Source of the DNA: Blepharisma stoltei ATCC 30299
Taxonomy: Eukaryota > Protista > Ciliophora
Length of the DNA stretch: 64,000 nt
Direction of reading: 5' to 3'
NCBI GenBank assembly: GCA_965603825.1
Contig: CBFDEM010000055.1
Span: 310,001 to 374,000 of the forward strand
The position numbers and the translations under genes are program-made. A model generated the notes under the pieces. That model was not told the origin of the DNA. It ran no database searches and saw only the letters and a list, made by a program, of their open reading frames with translations. This document shows, piece by piece, positions 1-12,912 of the stretch (its first letter is position 1; every line of letters starts with the position of its first letter).

Positions 1-1424
1 TTGTTCTGTATATCGGTTTTTAGCCTCACTACAGCTTGTTCATAGTCAAATTCTATTTCGTCTAATAGTTCTTGTCTAAACTGGTCTTCTTTTCTCAGCT
101 TTACTTCCATTTCGATCCTCCCTTCTAGCTCATGTCTGATTTCTTTTTCCAATCTTTCTCTTAATTTAGCTGTAAGTGCTTCTTTTAAGCGAAAATCTTG
201 TTCTTTTCTCAGCTCTTCTTGTGCTTCTACTTGTAAATTCTCAATATAATCAATTTCTCGCTGCTTTTCATCGTCGTCTATTTTTTTGATTCTCAATAAA
301 ACTACATTTTCTGACTCTTTTTTTACTTCTTCTATAAGCTCTTCCATCTCAAATTTTGCTTCTTCCCTCAATTTAATTTCTTCTTCATATAGACTGCTTT
401 CTATGTCTAATTTTGCTTTATTTCTGCACTCATCAATCATTAATGGCATTAGTTCTCTTTTCCATAGTTCTTTTTCACTGTAAAGTTTTACTTCAAATTC
501 GATTTCTAATTGCTCTTTAAATTTATCAATGTCTGACTGCTTTAGCTTAGAAGATGTTCTTTTATGGGTTTGGCTGACTCTTTTTTTAAATAGATTGTCA
601 TATTCAACTTTGAGTGTTTTGTCAATTTCACGATGAAGCCTGTCCACTTCTTCTTCAATTTTATCCTTCAACTGCTGATCATAAAACTCTTGTATGCTTT
701 CTTCATCAGCTGCTGGGTTGATAAAAAACTTGGACTCAGTCGCTTGAAGCTCTCTTTCAAGATCCTGCATCCTTTTTTTTCAAAACTGGTCTAATGCGTT
801 TTTGGTGTCTTTAATCGCTCTCTCAGTTTGAGCTTGATACCTAGCAATCATATCATTTTTTTCTTGGAAAAACTCTTCTTCTATCTCTTCTCTCAGCTCA
901 ATTTCTGCTTCTTTTATCTTCGTTTTTAAGCTTTCTTCTTCCATTTTCAGCCTTTGTCCTCCGAAATCTTCATATTGATTCCGTCTTATAGGAGTCCTTT
1001 CAGACTCAAAAGGATCTGGAGCATAAATTGGTGACGGCCCAATTAATCTTAAATTTTCTATTCTCACCGATTTTTCTTCCAGTTCTTTTTCTTTCTCATA
1101 AAAAGATCTTTTTAATAGCTCAATTTCTCTTATACTCTGATCGCGCAATTCTTCGAGCTGCTCTTTTATCTTTTGGTCTTTGCTGGGGCTTTCTTGTTCT
1201 TTCTGCTTTTTAGCTTGCACTTTTTCAGCGTCTCGGCTTGGGATGATTGATTCTGTATGCTTATCAAACGACGAAAGATAAGAATAATAATCAACTGCCT
1301 CATCTGAAGATTGCCCATTAAAAGTAATAGACTTTTTCTCTGGAGAACTGAACTGTGGGGTAATTTCACTTGCAAATTCGTAAGGCTGCTCGGAATTTTC
1401 AGAAGAAGTCTCGTTTTTCATCAT
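1..1424 (-). CDS. Long coiled-coil protein, runs off the left edge of the window
   Basis: ORF 780..1424 ends at TGA (780-782); read as Trp, the frame continues (W-KKRMQDLERELQ...) as E/K-rich heptads towards position 1. Confidence 0.75.
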
Positions 1425-1446
1425 GAAATTTTATTTATTCAAATAA

Positions 1447-2469
1447 ATGAACATATTAGATGACTGTGTAAGGTCGCTTCAAGCTAGGCCATCCCCACAT
1501 GTACTGCGTTGTATTTTAAACTTTATTAAAGAAAAACGCCACACAGCTGAAGACGCACTTAAAGCTCTTGGTAGCTCTGGGATTTCTCAGCTGTTTGAAT
1601 GACTGTATTCAGATGATGTTGAACTTAGAAAAGTTTCTGCGCTTTTTATATGTGAGCTTGCCTATGATAACCATCAAGCCCAAATAATGATTTGTCAAGC
1701 AATGAACTATACACCTTTGCAAGGGAAAGTTTGTATCAATAAACTTCCTAAGCGAATTGAAACTTTGATTAAAGAAAGACCTGAGCTGCTAAAACTGCTT
1801 AAAAAAGTGGAAAGTGATAAGGTTAAATATTGGTCCTTTCCTCCTTTGGACCAAATGACATACAAATCATCGTTGGAAAATTTATTTTTCTTCCCAGACC
1901 CTATGGAGTATATGCTTGGTTTTTTAGCAGTTCCAGCACCAACAAGACCAAAGTTTTTAAATACAACAACGAGTTATTTTTCTGATGATTTTGAATCAAC
2001 TGATAATTCTGAAGACATAAAAGATAGAAGCAATACAATGGTGAGGAAAAACTTAGAAGCGTTAAAAGAGCCTGCTTCCTATTCGCCAAAAATGTATAAT
2101 TATGATAACCAAGAAATGATAGCAGGACCTGTAGAGGTAAATTCACCTAGAGCACCGATGTTTAAGCCTTTGACACCAAAAATGGCCAGTCATCAAAATA
2201 ATTTCGATGGGATTGAAGCTAGCATAAATAGAATAAAAGGAGCGCTAAAAGAGCTGGCCCAGCCTACTTCAACTAGGGCATACTCGCCAAACAGAAACTA
2301 TTTAAGCCCTACAAGAGCTTCAGCGTTGAAAACAAGAGACAGATCAAACCCAAAGCCGTCACAAAGCCCTGATATAGTATTGCTGTCAACGAAAAGGAAA
2401 GAACTGACTAGTAAGCTGGAGAAATTAATCAGGAGTCCTTTGCATTCTCCAAATCGAAGAATTCATTAA
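1447..2469 (+). CDS. Hypothetical protein with ARM-like N-terminal helices and low-complexity C-terminus
   Basis: ATG at 1447 is in frame with ORF 1687..2469; one internal TGA at 1600 (LFE-W-LYSDDVELRKVSALFICELAYDN); ends TAA. Confidence 0.7.
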
Positions 2470-2576
2470 TATATTTTATTTATATTGATAATTCATTGAA
2501 TAATATTAATCTACGGTGAGCTTAAAATTTAGACTGTGGGTTTATTTTTTTATTATCGTTATTATCCTACATTTTT

Positions 2577-3002
2577 CTAGTGAATTTGCATCATCTGAAA
2601 TTGGCTGCCAGTTTTCGAAAACTTGCTTTGATTGTTAATTAGATATTTTTCCATTTGGTTTATACTAACAGTCTTTGGCTGAGAAAGCTTGAAAGATCAG
2701 TCATGAAGTCTAGGCTTGATAGAAGGTTTTCATGTTGACTTGATAACATGGGTCAGCTCTTCTGAAGAGTAGAGACTTAGCGGGTTTCTGTGGATGCTGA
2801 TTGCTGGAAGAGTAAATTTGGAGACTGTGTTCTGTTTTGAGAGGCTTGTCTTTTTTGGGCTTGGAGTTGCGAATTTTTTGGAAAGAATTGAAGATGGCGT
2901 TGATGCTATAGTGTCTGATCGAGATTTTGTATGTCTTCTTATCGGAATTAGGCTGCTTTGAGAAAAGGATTTTGATAGATCAGCTTTCTTAGATTTATTC
3001 AT
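2577..3002 (-). CDS. Small basic Ser/Lys-rich hypothetical protein
   Basis: ORF 2730..3002 extended through two TGA codons to TAG at 2577-2579; 3' end uncertain. Confidence 0.45.
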
Positions 3003-3492
3003 TTAAAATAATAAATAAAAAAAATTGATGATTCTATTTCTTACTGAAGCAAACTAGCATGTATCAGTATTTAAAATTTGGAAGTATCTATCCTCTATAA
3101 TAATCAACCAAAAGAAAAATTTCAATAGAAATTTTCTCTGTAAATAAATTTTTTTATTTAAAATTGGTTTATTTTGAAATAAGAATTACTTTTAACTTTC
3201 AAATTCAATCTATTTTTATAAGCTATACATAATTTGCAGATCCTTTCTGATCCTCCTTTTTTTCTATTTGTGAAATTTTTAGCTCCACGTTGCAATTGAG
3301 CAAGAATGCATCAAATTTAGAAACTTTTAGAAAAATCATTGAAAATCTTTCTAATTTATAATAAATCTCTAAATTTATTTTAACTAAAAAATGTAACAAC
3401 CAAATTATTATGATTCTACCAAATTTATTTTTATCAAAACTAAAAATATATGTGCGATAGTTCGCATTTTATTTATAAAATTAACTTGAGAT

Positions 3493-4482
3493 TTATTTCT
3501 TAGGTCCTGTTGATCCAGTTGGCTTAAGTCCCCACCAAGTCTTCCAAGTATCATAAAGCCACCATTGAAAACCTGTAAGTGTTCCAATCATAACAATTCT
3601 CGGAGCAAGTCCCTTCCAAAGACCTCCAGCTGGCATTTCATGATATATCTTCTTAATTTCTTCCATAAATGCACCTTGAGTTTGCTTCTTATTATATGCT
3701 GTAAATAGTGTATCCGCAGGATGACTTACCAATGCACAAATAACACCAGCAATATAGCCAGACAAAAATGTAATTCCTAAGTTGAATTTTTTGCCATAGT
3801 CATCTCTAGTTGCATGCAAAATATTTTTGAAAATAAATTCTACAGTTCTCTCAAATACTACAAATTTCATGATAGTGTATGGAATTTGTCTACACCAAAG
3901 TGGAGTAATACCTTTATAAAAGCCTTTAAACCCTTCATTTGCTGAAATTTTGCTCCAAGCAGGGCCAAAAGTGGTCGGGAATGCTCCTTCTGGGCTTGTT
4001 TGGATTCTTACTTTTACTGCTTCGAATGGGCATAACAGAATATCAGCGAAAAATTCAGCAGAAGCAGATGAAAGGGCATAAAGCAAAGTTCTTAATGAAT
4101 AAGCCTTTTCAGGTCCTAAAAACGATTCTGCAACTCCTCCATATAAATCTTTAAAAACTTCATAAAAACCGTATTTGGCCATACCTTGAAAAGAGTATCC
4201 AATAAATGTCGGGAGCCAGCCAAGGGTCATTCAAGACTTTCCATTTGCGTTGAGCGCTCTATAAGCGTCTCCCATACCTTTCAGTTTTGTGGGGTCAGCT
4301 TGTAGCCTGCATTTAACAATATCAATAGGGACAACCGCAGTATGTGTGAGACCACATGCAAATACCCCTCCGACCATGCATTTTAAATAGTAGCTAATAT
4401 CATGAACTTCTCCATGGACTTCGGCTCCGTGTGATGGACCTGAACAATGAGCAGGATTTGATCCGAACAGTTTTGGAATCAT
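3493..4482 (-). CDS. SLC25A3: Mitochondrial phosphate carrier (SLC25A3/MIR1 family)
   Basis: ORFs 4231..4482 and 3493..4230 join in frame through one TGA; carrier motifs PIDIVKCRLQ, PFEAVKVRIQ, HPADTL and phosphate-carrier signatures CGLTHTAVVP, GWLPTFIGYS, LWCRQIPYT. Confidence 0.95.
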
Positions 4483-4968
4483 TTAATTTTTATTATTAAA
4501 ATTAATGGAAATAAATAGTTAAATATTAAAATTAAGTTTTAATATTTGATAATTACAGAATTAAATATGCTCGTTTTCTAGAGTTAAATTTTTAGGGATG
4601 CAAAGGGCAAGCATCCTGATAAGAGAAAATTTAAGCTATGTCTTATTATATAATGCTTCTCGAAAACATGAATTTTTGTATTCGGTTAGACTGAGAGCTA
4701 AAAGGCTAGAAGCAAAATATTGATAAAGTTTTTGAAATTGAAAGAATAGTGCTTTTTAGTGATGATTTCTATTTGATAAGCCGCTAATAAAGAAATCAAC
4801 GAACAACAAGATTTGAAGTAAAATATAGCTGAATTTGCAAGACCTCAATAACTTAAACATTGATAATCCTTGTTGGCAATCTAAGCATTAATTTTTTTTA
4901 TAGTTAAAGCCCAACCGAAAATTCTGATTTTTGTGTTTAAATATTTGCAAATAATATTTTATAAAACC

Positions 4969-5613
4969 ATGGCACAATACGGCAAAGCTGAGTATTGGGA
5001 GGAACGTTATACAAGGGACGCAGAGCCATTTGACTGGTACCAGCGTTGGAGTGGCATTAAAGACGTGCTAACCCAATATGTATTCCCAACTCATCAAATT
5101 CTTCACTTAGGATGCGGAAACTCCCGGCTAAGTGAAGAAATGTACGATGAAGGCTTCATTAACTCTATCAACATTGACATCAGCCAAGTTGTCATCAAAG
5201 CAATGCAAGAAAAATACCGAGACAAGCAAACCATGAGGTTCCTTCATATGGATGGCAGGAATATGGAATTTGATGATGCTACCTTTGATGCTGTGATTGA
5301 CAAAGGAACACTAGACGCCATCCTTTGTGGAGAAAATTCCACAGCTCACGCAAATAAGATGATATCAGAAGTTTACAGAGTTCTTTCGCCTACAGGAGTC
5401 TATGTCGTGATATCATATGGACAGCCTCCACATAGATATCCTTATTTAGACAAGCCAGAGCTTAATTGGGAAATAACAGTCCACCAAGTTCAAAAACCAA
5501 CTATTGCAAGCACCGCTGCTTTGGCTACAGATGATAGAGACCAACCTAACGTTCATTATATTTATGTCTGCAAGAAACGTGGAGGAAGAGAAGCACCTAG
5601 ACAAGAAGCTTAA
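4969..5613 (+). CDS. SAM-dependent lysine methyltransferase (EEF1AKMT4/METTL13-N family)
   Basis: YWEERY...FDWY, LHLGCGNS, NIDIS and FDAVIDKGTLDAI motifs; ATG at 4969. Confidence 0.9.
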   Translation: MAQYGKAEYWEERYTRDAEPFDWYQRWSGIKDVLTQYVFPTHQILHLGCGNSRLSEEMYDEGFINSINIDISQVVIKAMQEKYRDKQTMRFLHMDGRNMEFDDATFDAVIDKGTLDAILCGENSTAHANKMISEVYRVLSPTGVYVVISYGQPPHRYPYLDKPELNWEITVHQVQKPTIASTAALATDDRDQPNVHYIYVCKKRGGREAPRQEA

Positions 5614-5746
5614 ATAGATAATTTAATTTATTAAAATCAATATTATTATTTCACAAACATAATATATATAATAAGCAAGAATAGCAAATATTTTTAATAG
5701 AAAACAATTAATTAGCCTTTTTTCATATAAAAATTCTTTTCTTAAT

Positions 5747-8700
5747 ATGAGCGAAAGTACTAGGAAGAAAGGATTTTTTAAAAATTCAGCCAGAAGTAAC
5801 TTTTTTGCAACACATGTGCTCAAAAACGAAACAAAAAAGCCGCAGAAAATAACAAAACCAAAAAAAGAACTAACAGGACCTCAAGCGAAATTAAATGAAA
5901 TTATAGCAGAAGCTACTGATTTTATCTTTAAAAGTGCTGAAACGACTGTATCGACTCCGTTTGAAATTAACTGTGTAGCTTTTTCTGAAGACAACCAAAC
6001 GATTTTTTTTGGAAGCAGCAATGGAAATCTTACTCGATTTGACAAAAAGGATGGAAAAATCTGTGATGATGTCCCGCTAGGAAGGTATCCAATTTTTGGA
6101 ATTTGCTTGGACGAAGCCAATTCTAAAGTATTTGTATGTGGGGCATCAAATAATATATCTGTTCATAAGCTTCCTAGACTTGAACCTCTTCATGAGTTTC
6201 GAGGCCACAATGACCAAGTAAACCAAATGTCTCTATCATCAAACAAAGAATTTCTTTATTCAGCAAGCGAAGATTTTACAGTTAGACAATGAAGCACCAA
6301 ACTAAAGGGCAAAAGTGAAGTTATTTTGACCCATGAAGGTCCAGCAAGATGTTTATGTGTAACTCGTGATAATAAGTATGTTTTTAGTGGAGGCGACGAT
6401 ATGGCTATAAAAATCTACGACATTGAGTTCAAAGAAGAAATGCTGAGTTTGCAATCTCAAGCTAAAAGTATATGAAGTTTAGCTTGCAATTATTCTTCCA
6501 CAATGCTTGCTTCTGGAACAGATGATGGTACAATTGTTATTTGGAATATCCTGGACTTTACCCCAATTACACTGTTTACTGACCACTTAGCAGGAATTAG
6601 GTCTCTTGTTTTTAGCCCTGATGACTGTTTTTTAGCTTCTGGCAGTGGAGATTCTAAAATTAAAGTCTGGGATCTCGATAAAGAAAGAAGAGAAGTCACT
6701 CTAACAGCTCACACAGGCTCGATTACTGAAATAGTCATATCCCCACAACAAGATATCATAATTTCAGCCTCAATTGACAAAAATATCAAAATCTGAGGGT
6801 TTCCTCGCTTTCTTGAAGAAGAAGGCTTCAAACTGTTAGGAAACGACTTTTCAAGCATCAGTTTTACCCCAAAATCAGACTGTGTCATTTCTTGTGGAAC
6901 TGATAAAGGCATAAGATTTTGGGACCCGAAAAATGATGAAGCTACAATTTTGCATAAATCTTATGGGGCTGGGCTTTCAAGCGCAGTATCTTGGGACGAA
7001 AAATACGCAGCAGTTGGGGATAATTTTGGAAATTTATACATTTTTGATTTAAAGAAAAAATCATTAAAGCACCATATATTGCCTAAAGATGGCCACATGG
7101 GACCGATAAGAGACATGTGTTTTTCTTTTGATTCTGATTATTTGGTTACCGGTGGAGGAGACTCAAAAATTATGGTCTGGCATGTAAGAGAGATGGAAAA
7201 TAATATACTGTGGGGGCATCAGCAAAGCATTTGGTGCGTTTGTATTAGTCATGATGGAGAAACGGTGGCTTCTGGAAGTGCTGATAAGACACTCAGAGTT
7301 TGAAATTTGAAAACGACTGACCAAAGATACTGCATTCAAGCGCAAGAAGCTATAACTGCTATAAAAATAGACAAAACTGACATGTTTCTTATAACTGGAG
7401 GGCTTACAGGGACTGTAAAAATATGAAACATCGCTGAAAGAAATCAAGAGTCAGTATTTGATAAACATACTGGGCCAGTGACAGGAATTCATATATTAAA
7501 TGATAATGAGACCTTCTTTAGTTCTTCTCAAGATAAAACTATTTATATTTACTCATTGAAATACAGGATCCCGCTTACTTTCCTTACAAGGAAACAGCCA
7601 ATTTTTTCAATTTCAGTGTCTACTGATGAAAAATATTTGATTACTGGGGAGCATGAAATTATTTATATGCAGGAAAATCCATTGAATTCTAAGGCTGCAA
7701 GAATATTAGGCCCTGAAGAAAATGTCCAGAAATTCCTGACCTATATGAAGTCGCTTCTTAGTGACCTTCATCCTAAGCACGACCCTTCTATGGACGATTT
7801 CATAATCCTGCCTCAGTTCTTAAACACTCTCCATTTTTATACAAGTGGGAACCACAAAGACCACTTAAAAATTTCTCTTTCTCAAAACACAGCTGCAATA
7901 ATCCCATCAAGAGATGGCTTCCACCCTCTTTCTATATGTCTAATGAAAGAGCTTAAAACTGCTCGTGACGAAGTCGTAAATGCTTTTTGTGCAATTGGCA
8001 AAAAAAATCCTTTTATTTTACAAATGCTGGAAGATGACTTAATAGAAATGAATAAAAAAAGTTTCGGGAATTTAAATGAGCTTTATAATGTTTTATACCA
8101 AGAATCAGCCAGAAGGACTTTGCCTAAATTCTGCGATAAAAGTGTGGATCTGCCAATTGTTCATATTTCTGACCATTGCAGAGTCAAGCCTGAAGATTTT
8201 TTAAATGAAACACAGCTGTCTTCTCAAGGGATGGGAATTTCTTGAAATGAAAGCTATGTTAGAATTCCGCTTATTATGGGAAGCGCTGACAGTATTGATT
8301 TTCTTGAATCTTTAGCTGACTGTACAAATTTAGATGTGCTTAGATGTGAATTTGTGCAAGAAATAATTAGATATAAATGGGAAACAGCGAAATATACAAT
8401 GATGTATCAGGGATTAATGTTTAGCTCTTATATGATTTTGCTGTGTGTTTATACTGCGTATTATATGGAAAATGTGTATTTCCAGACAGGGATGTTTATA
8501 ACAAACATTTGTTTGCTTTGTTATGAGTGCTATCAGCTGATGGTCAGTGGGGCAAGCTATTTTACAGACTATTGGAATTATGTGGACTGAGCAAGAGGCT
8601 CTATGATGTTTTCTTATATCATTATTGAATGGTTCGATGTGTGGGTAGACCTTAATGCTTCAGTTTTTGCAATGGTCACTATTCTAAGCTGGCTTCGTGG

Positions 8701-9337
8701 GATCACATATTTCCGCTTATTAACTACAACTCGTTACCTAATTAACTTGATTTTCCAAGTGGTTCATGATATTTCTGGTTTTCTCATAGTTCTAGCATAC
8801 AGTACTCTTGCATTTACATTTATTTTCATTGTGCTTGAGCGAAAAATGGAAATCCCTGTCATGCTGGACTATTTAAGTTCGTCATATTTATTAGTGTTTG
8901 GGAATTTTGAAGGAGAAGACTACAATATAATTGAATGGACTTGCCTTACCATGGCGCTTATAATACAGCCAGTTATCATGCTAAACTTATTAATTGCGAT
9001 CATCAGTGACACTTATGATAGAATTCAAAGCGACTGTGTTGCTGCTGACGCAAAAGAATTAATAGATTTAATTATAGAAGTAGAAGGACTGATGTTTACC
9101 AGACGAGAAGTTAAGGCAAAACATTATTTTCAAGTGTGCAAGGAGCATGAAAAAGAAACTGAAGACGGAGGCTGGGAAGGACAAATTAGGATGCTTCAAG
9201 CTTCAATTGATAAAATTAATGCAGCGACTCAGTCAAACGGAGAGCTAGCAATGAATAAATTAAGACAGCAAGATAAAAACTTGATTGATCAAAATATTAA
9301 GCTGGATCAAGTTTTAAAATCGATGAAGAAATCATAA
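5747..9337 (+). CDS. WD40-repeat protein fused to a 6-TM TRP-like cation channel (about 1196 aa)
   Basis: Six track ORFs share one frame, separated only by TGA (6290, 6473, 6794, 7301, 7424, 8243, 8588), several at the W of WD motifs. C-terminus has IRYKW, TM helices, a pore segment (LVFGNFE), MLNLLIAIISDTYDRI and a coiled coil. Confidence 0.88.
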
Positions 9338-9354
9338 TTTAAATTGATAAAAAG

Positions 9355-9810
9355 TTATATAATCTTCTCTAAGAGCATCTCTGAGAACTCTTTATAGTCA
9401 ATATACCCATTGAGGTCTTTGTCTGCTTCTGAAATAATAAAATCAATTTCGTCATTTGTCAACGGCTCTCCCATTGTTGTCATGATTTGCTTGAATTCCT
9501 TTGGGTCGATTCTCCCATCTCCGTTCCTATCAAACATCTGGAAATACCTTACAACGTCGTCTTTTGTGATAGGCTCTCTTATTTTTTCAGCGTACATATG
9601 CAAAAACTCATTGAATTCAATTCTTCCAGTGCCCCGAGTATCTGCTCTGCGGATCATGGCTTCAACTTCAGCGTTTGAAGGGTTTAAGTTCAGAGACCTC
9701 ATGACTTTGCCCACTTCTTTTGCGGAAATGCTTCTGTCTTTATTGATGTCGAAAATATCGAAGAGCCTCCTGCATTGATCGATTTGGTCTGGAGTTAGTT
9801 TGTCAACCAT
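9355..9810 (-). CDS. Calmodulin-like EF-hand protein
   Basis: Four EF-hand loops (DINKDRSIS, DTRGTGRIE, DRNGDGRID, DKDLNGYID); 151 aa. Confidence 0.92.
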   Translation of the reverse strand: MVDKLTPDQIDQCRRLFDIFDINKDRSISAKEVGKVMRSLNLNPSNAEVEAMIRRADTRGTGRIEFNEFLHMYAEKIREPITKDDVVRYFQMFDRNGDGRIDPKEFKQIMTTMGEPLTNDEIDFIISEADKDLNGYIDYKEFSEMLLEKII

Positions 9811-10086
9811 TTTATTATTGAAAGCTAGATTTGGTTTAGTTATACGAAGGCTGCTTATAAAATATATTCTTCTATAAGAGAACTTTTAAAGGATTTTTCA
9901 ACAGAAGGAATGTCTGCTTGCATTTTTAAATTAAAATTACTTTCTGATAATCTGAAGTTTAAAATTTTTTTTAATTCCCTAGCCAGAGTATTGTAATTGA
10001 TTTGAATCTCCGTAACTCTTGCAATTTTTGCTGAATAGTTATGCTTTATTATTCCCTCTTATTAAAAGATATTTATTAACTATATA

Positions 10087-12660
10087 TTATTTTTTTCCAC
10101 TTTTTTTCTTTTTCATTTTCCTTTCCTCAGCCAACTTTTGAATTTCAGTCACTGTGAATCCCAACATCTTCATAAGCATAGCTACAATTTTTTCAGGCTC
10201 AGTATCAAGTTCAGGAATATGCCTTATTAAATTATTAAACAGCGATTTTATATACCCAAAATCCAATGCTGAAGCAATTTTGATTTTTTCTTCTGCTTCT
10301 CTTAGTTGCTGTTTTAATAAGCTAATTTGCTCTTTATGCAGCTTTATAATTGACTTTTTCTCAGCCAATTTTTCTTCATTTTCTTCAAAAAACTTTTTAG
10401 AGTCCAAAGAATACCTCGAATACGAGCTTTCATTTGACCTATTTTCCAGTGTTTCAATATTCGGATACGGTGATTCTGATTTTCTACGTTCACTTAAAAT
10501 TTCACTATCAATTACATGCAAAGAATTCCTAGATACCAATGAGTCTCTTCTTGATAAAGAAGTCTCAATCGGCAATTGAAATTCAGATGTGCTATGTTTA
10601 TGCTCTCTAGAAGTATTGTCTGTGACAATGATATTTAAAGAATTTCGATATTCAGTATCTTTGAGTGAAGGAATCGATTTTGAATGGCTGATAACTGAAA
10701 GGTCTACTAATGTAGCTTTAAGCTCATCGAAATCGATAAGTTCATCTTTTCAGGATTTTGATATAGAAACCTCGTCACCAACTTTCCATTCGTATGATTT
10801 ATCGTGATATTTTAGTAGCACCCAATTGACGTTATCGGCTTTTAAGCTTAAAAGCATAGTACAAGCTTCTGAAATTGGTGAACCAATTTGAGAAAATGCT
10901 TGCTGCCTTACAACGACCATTGAATTTGTGTCTGCTGCTTGAAGTTTTTGCTTCAGTGTGGCGATTTTTGACTTTTCTTTTCTGTAATTTGCCTCTGCTC
11001 TTTCTTTTTCTATTTTTAGATTAATTATTATTTGGGTTTTTTCATGGTTTTCAGCTGTAAGCTGGCCTAAAAGGTCTTTTAAAATTTTAGTGTTTTCTTT
11101 TGAATCTTCAGCTTCATTGAGAGAAAAAGCATGGTCTTCGTGGGTTGCTGGGCCTTTTTTTAATTGAGAAAGCTCTAAGTCAAGATTTGAGTTTTTTTCT
11201 CTGAGAGAGGAAATTTCTTCTTCTGTGACTTTGAGCAGGAGCTTATATCGCGTTAATTGATCTTGATTGATAGTAGCTGAATCTCCTGTGCTTCTATCAG
11301 ATTTAGATCCATTTTCTAGAGTGTCTCTTAATGAATTTTCAAGCTCATGCATAAGTTCGTGGTTTTTCTTTTCAAGAACTTCTTTATCTTTTTCTAAATT
11401 TTGATATTTTTCTAAGAAAATTTTTGATTTTCGGTCAAGTATTTTTAGACGAGCTATTTCATCTTCTAATAACATTTTATCTCCTTTAAGCCCTGTATTT
11501 TGTTGAAGGAGGTGCTCAACTAATTCCTCTTGTTTTTTATACTTATTATCAGGATTTACATAAAATGGTGATAAAGACAAGTAGCCTTCTAGCTCAGTTG
11601 ACTTCTGAGATAGCTCTTGAGTAAGTTTCGATATCTTGTCAACTAAATCTTGATTATCAATTGTTTTTGGGACACTTAATTCTAGATTTTTCTCAATTGC
11701 CAATTTTAAATTCAATCTTTTATTATTCCCTCTGATTGTGCAGAGCTCTTTATATAAATTTTCACAAAATTGATTCCTTCGTGCTAACTCAGCCTTGACT
11801 CCTGAAATATCTTCTTGATATTTTGAATCTTTGATGAAAGTTCCTCGCTTCTCTATTGCAATCTCATTTTTTAAATTTAAAATTTCTCTTAGATAGGCCT
11901 CTTCTTTTGCTTTCACAAGCTGATTTTCTTTTTGTAAATTTCTAATCAAGTCTTTTAATACTAAAATTTCTTCATTATTTTTAATATTTTGCTCTTTATT
12001 TTCATTTTCTATGTTTCATTTCGCTACTTCATTAATTATGAAATCCTCTCCTCGATTTGAATTACAATCGAAATTTTCAACAATCTCATCATTTTTATTT
12101 TCTAATTCAAGCTCAAACCTAGGAGAAGCCACAATTATCTCATTTAATTCTTTGATTTTTTTATTTATCTCATGGAGCTCAAAATTTATTTTTTTGATTT
12201 CTAAAGCAAGTTGTGAAGGCTGAGATGCAGAAATTGTCAAAAAAGAATTTAATAGCTCTAGCTCTGATTCAAATAAGTAGATTTTCTCTTCAATATTCAC
12301 TTCTGGTTTTGCTTTGTTTATTTCAGTAATTTGATTGGTTTCAATTATTTCTGCTTGGTTTAAAGAAATATCCTGTTCAAGTTTTTGAATTCTTTTACTC
12401 ATTTCAGCATTAATAATTTCTAATTTTTCAAGTTTTAAAGTTGATATTGCTAAGCTGTCACTAATTTTTTTATTTTCAAGTTTGAGACTTTCAATTTCAA
12501 TTTTTTTTAGGGTTCTGTCTTGAAGTAGTAATTTACATTTTTTTTGGAGATTTTTTAAGTAGATTTTTAACGCTGGCATCTCTTCTAATTGCTCTTTTAG
12601 GTTCTTAGATTTTATACTTGATTCTGAAGTAGATGAATCAGGTGATTTAGTTTCTTCCAT
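10087..12660 (-). CDS. Golgin-like coiled-coil protein with C-terminal GRIP-like domain (about 857 aa)
   Basis: Three ORFs join in frame through TGA at 12016 and 10750; C-terminal DFGYIKSLFNNLI...IVAMLMKMLGFTVTE resembles GRIP. Confidence 0.75.
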
Positions 12661-12912
12661 TTTTCTTATTTATGCTTGATCACCAATATTTTTTTGATAG
12701 CATCCTACTCTGAGATGTTGATTCAATACAAGCAATTCATTATTGAATTCAAAGATTCAAAAATTGAAAATTGAAAATGATTTAATATACAAGAAAAAAA
12801 TTGTTTTTAAATATTGTAAGACTCAAAATCTAATTTAATCTCCTCTTTAATGCTATCATAATAATTTCCGAAGAAATCAGCATAGCCAAGAATTCCAAAA
12901 TCTCATACTAAT

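Noticed and set aside
5747-9337. Many split ORFs read as pseudogenes or as an operon of small genes
   Set aside because: Fragments share one frame and are separated only by TGA at conserved Trp positions, so each set is a single gene
9410-10807. Antisense ORFs in the track (e.g. 9410..9778, 10154..10579, 44217..44633, 49811..50212)
   Set aside because: Ser/Phe/Ile-rich shadows of E/K-rich genes on the opposite strand
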